A stretch of DNA of 64,000 nucleotides. It comes from the human T2T-CHM13v2.0 reference genome, Homo sapiens. Where the stretch lies: assembly GCF_009914755.1 (NCBI RefSeq), contig NC_060937.1. One strand, 5' to 3'. Position numbers and translations under genes: made by a program. The stretch's first letter is position 1. Every line of letters begins with the position of its first letter. The notes under the pieces were generated by a model. It was given only the letters and a program-made list of their open reading frames with translations, was not told the origin of the DNA and searched no databases. Positions 54,552 through 64,000 of the stretch are shown here, piece after piece.

Positions 54552-56734
54552 GTCGAGTATGGTATTCTGATCACCATTGTATTTATCTGCTTCAGACAAA
54601 TTTGGAGAATTTGACTTAAAGCACAGCTGTTGATAGCCCCAAATTCCATTCCAGCACTTCTTTGCTATATAGTCTGGCCATCATCCATCCCCCTTAGACC
54701 AGATGTAATACATTGTAGGATGAAGTAGGTGTTTCATGTGATGGAATGGGTATTAACCATCCCATAGATTGGATTAATTTTAGAATGTCACATCACTTCA
54801 AGTCTTGTTGGCATGCTCAGAACTTATGCTTTCTGAGGCAACTTGAGTGGCTGCCTACAGCAGGATGAATCCTGTGGCTTGTGACAAACCTGGCTTCTGC
54901 CTGTGTCTATGAGGCACCACGGCAAAGATGCCATGGCTCTGAATCCCAGCTTCACTGTGCTTAGTACATGGTCTGGAACAGAGAATGCACTTCACGTATC
55001 TTCATTATCACCACTGCCACAACTACCAGATGAGCTTAGTCAACCTGTTCACTGAGGCTTCCTGAGAGTGATGCCTATTTTATTTACCTTGCAATATTAT
55101 TGTGAAAATTATAAGAAAGTTTGCATAAAAAGTAATTTGCATAGTGTCCAATAAAGAGTAGAATTAAGGAAAATGTAACTACTACTATTATTGATGTTGT
55201 TGTTACTATTATTATCACTACTGAGGCTGGAAGAATATCTACTTCTGCTGTGCCATCAGTACAATACATCATGACAATGGATTATAGCAATTATTGCTCT
55301 AAGGCACTGACATTTTCTAAACAGATAAAACATTGTATCAACTGCTGTTTTGATAATTTGGAACTGACATCATCATATATTTGTAGGCACACCATAAAAA
55401 TCTCTTCATTAACACACTGATAGCATCTTTTATTTTCCTTCACTCAGAGTTTTTTTTTCTGCCAACAATTAGTCTTGATTTCATCAAAAGCAATGATTAC
55501 CTAAAGGAATATTGACATTCTACAGAACTATGTCCTTCTTGCATTTTTGTAGTTGTCATGGGAAATTAAGATCAGATCAGAGTCATAGCTTATAGTATAG
55601 GAAATATATGGTTCAAAAACAGCACAAGGTATTTGATGTGGTCACCAGATAACCTTGAATTGTAGACCCTTGCCAAACACTGCAGAAATGCTTTGGGCTG
55701 GAGTGTTCTTGCTTCACAGACTTCTTCATTTTATGATTGCCAGAGTCATTGAAAATAAATTTTGGATTGTGCTAAAGGGAAATAACAAAGATACTATCTG
55801 GGATCAGTCTCTCAGATTTGACAGACAATTTCATGCTTTTAATTGATTCCAATCTTTGCAAAAAAGTGGAACGAAGTAATAGACAAAAATTAACAACAAA
55901 GATGCCAGAAGTGACTATCATTGCATGAAACTTTTGCTGTGTTGTTTGCAAATTGCGTTCCAGTACTATATTCTCATTTGTTGAAAGATATTAGAAAAGA
56001 ATCCAATCCCCAAGCTTTGTAAAGATTTTGATGTTGTGGCATATAGTAATCGTATTCATTTCCCCCTTTATCCTTTTTGTATTATAATCTTCCAAGTTCT
56101 AATTGGGCACACAAACTCCTTTTCCTGGGGTAACTTAAGCTAGATATGTGATTAAATTCTGGCCAATGGGATGTGAGTTGCAACTTCTTGCTAATACCCT
56201 TTAAAAAGAAACTGATTGCTCTGTACTCTCTTTTACCCTTCCTTTGGGGCAGAATAAAGAGGAGGTGCTGCAGATAAGAGCAACATTCTAGGGAATGTTG
56301 CTAGGGCAACAAGTGGAAACACTTGGAAAAGTGTATTTGGCTCTATAGAAATTAGATTTAATTTTTTTTAAAAACAGAAGATGATCCTGGGTCCCTGGAG
56401 GACCTCATGGAGCAGAGTCAGCTTCTTGGCCTTGCCTTACCCACAACCTATGTGCTCCTCTGTTAAAAGGAAATATTTTTCCATTCTGCTTGAGGCACTG
56501 TGTTTTGTGTAACTTTGCTACAGCAACTTGGGCTATGCCCTAATACTAGATGTGTTCTAAATTTTCCACACTTGCTGTTTTCCCATTGGATGAAGGGCTT
56601 GTGAGACACAGCATATGTTAAAAAAAAAAAAAAAAAGACTTCTCTATTACTCTTTTTCAAGGTGGCAGACAAAGTTCAAATTCACATTATAGGCTCTTTT
56701 AGTATATTACATGTCCTCAGCACTGGTACTTGGT

Positions 56735-57087
56735 TCCCTCCCTCCCTCCCTTCCTTCCCTCCTTCCTTTTTTCCTTCCTTCCCCTCCTTCCTTCCTCCCC
56801 CCACCCCCTTTGTCTTTCTTTCTTGAGACAGGGTCTAGCTCTGTTGCCCAGGCTGGAATACAGTACGTCCCATCCTTGCTCACTGCAGCCTCGAACATCT
56901 GTGCTCAATGAATCCTCCTGCCTTAGTCTCCTGAGTAGCTAGGACTGTAGGAGCATGCCACCATGCCAAGCTAATTTTCTATTTTTGTAGAAATTGGGTC
57001 TTACTATGTTGCCCAAGCCGGTTTTGAACTCCCTGCTCTTGACCTCCCAAAGAGTTGGGATTACACACGTGAGTCACTGTGCCTAGC
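56735..57087 (-). mobile_element. AluJ-like element with a (CCTT/CCCT)n-expanded tail
   Basis: Pyrimidine microsatellite, then gagacagggtctagctctgttgcccaggctgg...tcactgcagcctcgaac. Confidence 0.88.
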
Positions 57088-57737
57088 TAGTACTCAATTT
57101 CATTTTGAAAGTTGTATTTCTGTTTTATTTTTGTTAAATGGAATTAAAATGTCTGTGCAGTGTCTATCATAACCTAGTACAAAAGCAATAAAACTATTGT
57201 AAGCACTAAGCAATGTGGTCATTATTGACTTCTTTTTCTAGCAAAGGAAAGAGATAGGAAAATGGCTTTTGCATGGGGAATTTAATGTGTCACAGAAAAT
57301 GATATAGAAGATAATGTAAATTGTGATGATGTGAACGCGGAGTAGTTTGTGTCGAGCATGATGGCCAATGGCAGCTAACTATGCCCTTCTGGAAACAGAT
57401 GCACCCCTTTGCGTATATCAAATCTCCAAGCTGCACTGCACCAAAAGAACCCTGGGCACCATGTTACTTAGCTGGAAGGAAATGGGGAAGCTGTGGGAAC
57501 CCCTATAAAACTCCCTCTGACATATTTAGCCTGTGGCTTGTGGGTATTCACTCAAACTCCAGGAGTGTGGGTTACCTTTAGTCAAATCTGAAGGAGTTTT
57601 GCATCTGTCACCCAATGCAGAGCTGAAGGAGAGGGAGCAGGTGTGAAATACAACCCAGACTTCCTTTTTAGTCCCAGTGGGGGTACATTTTTGTCTCACT
57701 GTTACCCTTGGTAACTCTGGGATGGTAAATAGTGAGA

Positions 57738-57767
57738 TGAGTAATTCAGAAAGTGGAAACGGAAAGT
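57738..57767 (+). promoter_or_regulatory. Candidate AP-1/IRF composite (AICE1) overlapping an ISRE-like GAAANNGAAA and NFAT-type GGAAA
   Basis: TGAGTAA-TTCA-GAAAGTGGAAACGGAAAGT; motif match only. Confidence 0.5.
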
Positions 57768-58994
57768 GTTACTATATCTGCTATGAAGCTTTGCATCAGA
57801 AAAGTACTTCCTTTGCTTCTAAAGAGACTTGAAGAGTTTTGGGCTTCTTCTTCTTCTCTCTAGGTAGCTTTTTATTATCTCATGTTATAGTTACTTACAT
57901 AAACGTATTGCTGGGAATTCTAGTAGCACAGGGATTATAGGAGTTTCCTGTGATTTAACTAAATCACTGGTGTCTTCAATACCATGTCCATGCTTCCCCC
58001 ACAAACATCAGAGAAAATGACTTCTTGGCATGGGAAGTTTATGAGTCCAGAAATAATCTATATTTAGTATTTTTGGCATGGAGCCCTCCATAATCTGGCT
58101 CCAGGCTGCCTTATTCCTAGGCTCTGCCTCTTCCCTCCGTGTGATATCATATCAGATGGCAGAGGCAATGGAACCATCAGACTAGATTGTGGTTTTGGGC
58201 CACAAAGCATGACCCATCAGTCTTTCAGATTCTTAGTAGATGGGATGACCCCATGAGCTTTACCACCATAATTTTATTTTTACACCCATGAAAGTCATGG
58301 GCACTAGTTGGTGAGATCCAGAGGCCAATCCTGAGGTCCTGAGATGGTTCTCCAGGAGGGAGGTGCGTAGGAAGTGAGAGGTCACACTGTCTTCTCACAC
58401 TAACCTCAGCCTCAGGGTGTGAGGCCAGCTTCAGAGGGGAGACCACAGTTCTGGGGCCCAGCCGTTTCAGCCACTGCCTTCTTGCCTTCTTTACTAAGGT
58501 CGTTAACAAGCATACTCATTAGTGGCAATTTCCCTGGTGGTTTTTGTGATGTGGGATTTGTTTGCTATGAAATGGCTGAATCCGCAAATCATTTAAAATA
58601 GTCAATCCTACTGGAGATAGAAATAACTCCTTGCCTGTGTTGATCCTAGCTAGTGACCAGTGTCCAGGAGGTGAAATCTTGGGAAGAGAGGCCTGGGCTT
58701 CTGACTCAGCAGAAACCACCGTCTTGACATTTTTAGTCTTTTCTTTGGTCTTGTCCTACTATAGAGACTTCTTTCTACAGGCCAGATTTGACAAAATAGC
58801 CCTACCAAATCATAATCAGAGGTGCACCAGCCACCCTCCCCCAATAAATTTGGCCTTATTTCTTGTTACCCTGATGATGCTCAGGATTCATAATACATAT
58901 CTCTAAGGAATCTCCAGATTTGTATAATACTTGAAACAGAATATCCAAGAAGAGGAGAAAAAGAAATGGCTACAATAGATCAGTCCTCCACCAG

Positions 58995-59190
58995 GAGTGG
59001 CTTGAATCTCAGGGGAGGTTTGACAATGTCTGGAGACATTTTTGGTTTTCACAACAATGGGAAGGGGGTTTGTACCACTGGTGTCTAGTGGGAGGTCCCA
59101 GGAAGCTGCTAAATGTCTTACAACATGCAGGACAGTCCTCTACAACAAAGAACTATTCAGTCCAAAATGTCAATAAGGCTGAAACCCTGA
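58995..59190. mobile_element. MER20 (hAT-Charlie)
   Basis: caatgtctggagacatttttggttttcacaac...gtctagtggg...caggacagtcc..caacaaagaactattcagtccaaaatgtcaata. Confidence 0.88.
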
Positions 59191-59427
59191 AATAGAGGAA
59201 GACAAAGAGGTCTTCATATATCCTGCAGTTTAAGAAATGGGTTTTAAATATTTACTGAGCATCTATTATGTATATAAATGGTGCTTTTTTTATGAGATGG
59301 TCCAAGGAATAAAAGTCACATTCACGAACATCAAAAAGTTTCCAGTTTACTTGGAGATGGTACATACACAATGAAATTGTGTGTTATTTATTACAGCAAT
59401 ACTTCACTTGCAATGGAGATTGATACT

Positions 59428-59806
59428 TATATTGGTTTGCTAGGGCTGCCATAATAAAGTTGGCTTAAATAACAGAAATTTATTTTCTTTCAATTCTGGA
59501 GGCTGTACGTCCAAGATCAAGGTGTCAGCTGAGTTGTTTTTTGCTGAGGCCTCCCTCCTTAGCTTGTAGGTGGCTGTCTTCTCTCTGTGATTTCACATGG
59601 TCTTCCTTCTGTCTTTGTCTGTGTCCTTATCTCTTCTTCTTATAAGGAGACCAGTTATTTTGGATTAGGGCCCACTCTATGTGCCCTCGTTTTAATGCAA
59701 TGACCTTTTTAAATACCCTATCTCCAAATGCAATCACATTCTGAGGTACTGGCTGGTTAGGACTTCAACATATAAATTTGGGGAAGATGCAATGTAGCTC
59801 AGAACA
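59428..59806 (-). mobile_element. MLT1A0-like MaLR LTR
   Basis: tatattggtttgctagggctgccataataaag...ttctggaggct...tccaagatcaaggtgtcag; TSD ATACT/GTACT. Confidence 0.88.
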
Positions 59807-61019
59807 GTACTCTCGGGTTATAACTTGGTAGCCAACGGTAGAAAGTTAAAAAGCAGCACAGAAATTCATTTTAGAGTATTATGTAAGAGCTGTCACACTA
59901 AGAAAAATATTTAAATTTTTCTAAAACTAAAAGAAGGAATATGCTTAAGAGATCTGTTGTACAACATGGTAACTGCAAAAGTCACAGCAAGTTAGTAATG
60001 GAGCTACTTTATAATTTACTTTCATCCTACCCTCAATTAATTTACTGGAATTCAACTACTGGGTAAAAGAAAACAAACAGAGAGGGCTTAGGGCAGATAT
60101 CATGGGTCCTGGACCATTAAGCCTCAAACAGTCCAGCCTTGCTAGAAAGTTTAGGGGAAGAATTATGTGTTTAAAATAAACCTTAAAAAATTGAAGTATT
60201 ATGATCATACAGAAAAGCGCACAGTCACCAGTGTTCAGCTTGATGAATTATGACACAGTGAGCACACCTGTATTAACCACAGCCAAGGTCAAGAAACAGA
60301 ACTTCATCATAACCCCAGAGGTTCCCTTGTCCCACTCACTGCCAGCCCTGGTTTCTCTTCCTCCCTCTTGTAAACGATTTTAATGATTTTCCAGCCTCCC
60401 TCAGAGAAGAGAAGCACTTTGTTCAGGAGGCCTGGCCGAGGCTGGTGGAAGAGTGGAGGAATCAACTGAAGAATTAATTGAAAGTCATAGAGAAACAATG
60501 ACCAACAAAGAATTGGGAGAACAGACACAGAATTGTATACGTATAGCCTTTTATTCCAGGCAGTATTCTAGGAACAGTTTAAGACATTTTTAAGGGCATT
60601 TTCCACTCTTTACGATTTTCACTTGAGTACTGTTTAGGTTTTAACCAAACTTCGTGTCATCTTAAATCGCCCTGAGAACCGGCGGGGGTTCTCTGCTCAG
60701 CGGAGGCTGAGGCTCTCAGCTGGCTCACAGCTTTAGGGAAGCTGCTACTTCCTCCTACTCACCTGCCCTTGAGCGCAGGGTGCACAGAGGGGAGGGGGCA
60801 GAGAGCAAGACGACTGGGCCAGCTCAGAGCCAGACAGTCCTACCTCAGTTTACTCATTCTGTCTCAGGGATGAGAGATGAACAAGGTCCCTAGAAAGAGA
60901 GTGAGTTGATTCAGCTGCCCTAGGGAAACAGCTCCATTCTGCTTATGGCCTCAGCCAACTGAGGTCCACAGTGCCAGATAACCTCACCCCAGCGTGGGGC
61001 TGCGGCCCACGCCCCCTCG

Positions 61020-61610
61020 TGAGAGGTGAAGCCAGCAGGACTTCCTGGGTCCAGTGGAACTTGGAGAACTTTTCTGTCTTACAAGAGGATTGTAAAATGC
61101 ACCACTCAGCACTCTGTAGCTAGGATTGTAAAATGCACCAATCAGCACTCTGTAGCTTCCTAGAGGTTTGTAAAATGCTCCAATCAGTGCTCTGTAAAAA
61201 TGCACCAATGGATGGTCTGTAGCTAGCTAGAAGTTTGTAAAATGCACCAATCAGTGCTCTGTAAAAACGCACCACTCAGCACTCTATAGCTAGCTAGAGG
61301 TTTGTAAAATGGACCAATCAGCACCCTGTAAAATGGACCAATCAGCACACTGTAAAATGGACCAATCAGCAGGACATGGGCGGGAACAAATAAGAGAATA
61401 AAAGCTGGCCACCTCAGTCAGCAGCAGAAATTTGCTTGGGTCCGTTTCCACGCTTTGTTCTTTTGCTCTTCACAATAAATCTTGCTGCTGCTCACTCTTT
61501 GGGTCCCTGCCACTTTTAAGAGCTGTAACACTCACTGCAAAGGTCCGCGGCTTCATTGTTGAAGTCAGTGAGACCGCGAACCCACTGGAAGGAACAAACT
61601 CCTGGACACA
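61020..61610 (+). mobile_element. LTR12-family (ERV9) solo LTR
   Basis: tgagaggtgaagccagcaggacttcctgggtc...tandem gtaaaatgcaccaatcagcactct units...aactcctggacaca; 4-bp TSD CTCG (61016-61019 and 61611-61614). Confidence 0.93.
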
Positions 61611-62449
61611 CTCGCTGGTGCATTGGTGATGCAGCCCAATCAGATTAGCAACCCCTCCTCTTGGGGCAGAGCTAAGAGGGGTGTGTCCCTGTTATAGACA
61701 AGATTAGGAGCAATCAAGGGAGAACCACTGCACGTGCTAAGGAGGGTGTAATTGGGTTGGCTGGCTGTGGCTGAGCTGGGGAACAGGAGTGTGGGGTGCT
61801 GGGAGTTGGGTAGGGTGATGAGTTCATGTTGAGAAGTGGCGAAAGTAGGAAAGGAGTGACAGGCCAGACGTTGAAGGTCTTGAATATTGGGAAACAGATT
61901 TTAACTGTGTTGTATCTTGTAGGTTACTGGGAAACGGTTGTTGGATCTTGAGCAGAACAGTGACAAGGTTGTATTTCACGAAAATTGTAAATCAGTGGGG
62001 GGTGGGGGCCAGGGAGTATTGCGGGGAGAGAACGGAGCTAAGAGAGGAAGGGAGACCGTTGAAGGACAGGTGATGCACATCTAGATTAGCATGTGGCCTC
62101 CGGGAAATGGATGAAGTTTAGAGAAGTACTCAGTCCTAGCATCAGGCTTCAGACAAGGGGCAGGCTGGGGAGCTTCTAACAAAGCCCCGAGAAATTTTTT
62201 TCTTTTGGACCTGAGTGAGTAGCGGGTTGAGTTAATCATACTCTTCTGTGTATAATCACCGTCATCATTAGTTCACTGGCGCCCTCACTTAGTTTGTGTA
62301 TTCATTTGCTTAGTCATTCATTTTTTTAATCCCCATTCTGCACTGTTGTTATTCTCCCCCCTTATATGCAGCTTGTCTAATGTTTGTGCTTTTTTGTTTC
62401 TGAGTGTTCTTTCAAAGTGTTTGTTGTTTTCTTGTTTGTATGTTATTTT

Positions 62450-63170
62450 AAAAACTTTTTATTGTGGAGGGGAATTTTGAACATATCCAAAAAGACATAG
62501 AAGAATATAATAAATCCCGTGTGCCCATCATTCATCCTTAACTACCATCAGGCCATGGCCAGTCCTACTTCATCTACATCCCATCCACTGCCTGCCTTCC
62601 ACACATCAGATCATTTCTCCCATAAGTATTTGAGTGTGTTTTTCTGCAAGATAACACAACCACAAAATCCTCATCAATAGCTTTAAAAGAACAATGTTTT
62701 CTTAATATCAAAAAGCTAATCCTCAAATTTCCAATCTTCTAATGACTGTTATTTTTTCCACAGTTTGTTTATATGAGTCCGGATTTAAATAAGGCCCAAA
62801 CATAGTGATTAAACATAGTGATTGGTTTATATTTCTATAAGTCTCTTTTAATTAGCAGGTTTCTTACCGAATCTGTTTCTTTTTTCCCCTACAGTTTGTT
62901 TGTTGAGAAACTCAGGTCTTTTGTCCCGTAGAATTTAACAAAGTGTAGATTTTGCTGATTGCGTCCCTGTGGTGTAGTTTAACGAGTTCCTCCGTTCTTT
63001 TGTAGTTTCTTTGAGTTGGTAGCTGAATCTAGGGATCTCATCACATCTGTATTTAATTTTTTTAACAAGACTGTTTCATGGTTTGTCTTGTGTTCTTTCG
63101 TCAGGATGTGCATAACGTGGTTGTCTCTTTTTTATGTGACATTAGCAGCCACTGATGATCAAAGCCTAGG
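62450..63170 (-). mobile_element. Old L1MC-like 3' region, resuming after the MLT1 at ~63750
   Basis: actttttattgtgg...gaatataataaatcccgtgtgcccatca...gattttgctgattgcgtccctgtggtgtagtttaac. Confidence 0.6.
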
Positions 63171-63182
63171 ACTATTTATTTT

Positions 63183-63746
63183 TGTATTACTTATCTATTG
63201 CTGTGTAACACTATTGATGCAAACTTAGTGGTTTATAGCAAAACATATTAATTATCTCAGTGTTTATGGATCAAAATCCAGGCATGAATCAGCTGATTCC
63301 TCTGCTTCCAGATGTCTCAGAAGTCTGCAAACAAGGTGTTGACCAGGGCTGGGGTGTCACCTGAGGCTTGACTAATATAGGATCCCCTTTCAAGTTTATG
63401 TGGCTGTTGGCAGGATTTCATTCTTTGGGGGTTGTCTAACTAAGGGCCTCATTTCCTTGCTGGCTGTTGGTCAGAGGCCACCGTTAGTTGCTTGCCCTGT
63501 GAGCCTCCCCATATAGCAGCTTAGTTCATCAACTTCAGCAGTACAGAGACCCATAGAGAAAGCCTGCTAGCAAGAGAGAGGCTACAATTGTATGTAACAT
63601 AATCATGGAAGTGACACCCATAGCTTTTACATATTGTGTTGGTTGGAAGTAAATCACAGGTCCCATCCACACTCAAGGGGAGGGGATTGCACAATGGTGT
63701 AAGTATCAGGGATAATTGCAGGCTGTCTTAGAGTCTATTTGCCACA
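63183..63746 (-). mobile_element. MLT1F-like MaLR LTR
   Basis: tgtattacttatctattgctgtgtaac...cccatccacactcaaggggaggggatt...tcttagagtctatttgccaca. Confidence 0.82.
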
Positions 63747-64000
63747 GTTGAGTTTGCAAACTGATGATATTGTAATTCTGGGATTTCTTCTTTGTTTACT
63801 AGCTGGAATATTTCTATAAGAAAAAACTTCTCCTTGTATTGTTTGACTATCCATGGTATATTTTAGAAAGGGATCAGAATAAATGCTTGATTCTTCCCTT
63901 TTACTTACCAGTTTTAAAAACTAATAAGTTGATTCCCTTGCATTCTCCAATGGTGGTCAATTACATGGGCAGGTATTGTTAATTATGTAAATATTGTGCT

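Noticed and set aside
61070-61370. Regularly spaced repeats resembling a CRISPR-like array
   Set aside because: They are the normal CCAAT-containing U3 tandem units of LTR12; the context is eukaryotic, with no unique spacers and no cas genes.

Overview
Primate (most likely human) genomic DNA, mostly intergenic and rich in repeats: about 12 Alus, MaLR/ERVL/ERV9 solo LTRs, old L1/L2/CR1/MIR fragments and hAT/TcMar DNA transposon fossils. Bases 1-~3010 look like the end of a long AU-rich 3' UTR closing at an AATAAA. The only ORF with real protein homology is an intronless FABP3 (heart fatty-acid-binding protein) retrocopy at ~48.7-49.4 kb on the minus strand. It has a poly-A remnant and a target-site duplication (TSD) and sits inside a Charlie1 transposon. 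From recall, not from a search, this combination fits 13q14.11: the AKAP11 3' end, FABP3P2 and the distal enhancer desert upstream of TNFSF11/RANKL. The most notable observations are: (1) the FABP3 retrocopy keeps a fully open frame, with stop-loss and an R107P change; (2) a near-perfect 384-bp tandem duplication of unique sequence carrying RUNX and TCF motifs; (3) two older templated-insertion or fold-back scars at 19.3-20.4 kb and 49.6/53.7 kb; (4) an overlapping AICE+ISRE+NFAT composite at 57.75 kb; (5) an LTR12 inserted into a promoter-like site. I see no evidence for a new multi-gene system. Repeat subfamily names come from recognising consensus sequences by eye, and most repeat boundaries are approximate.
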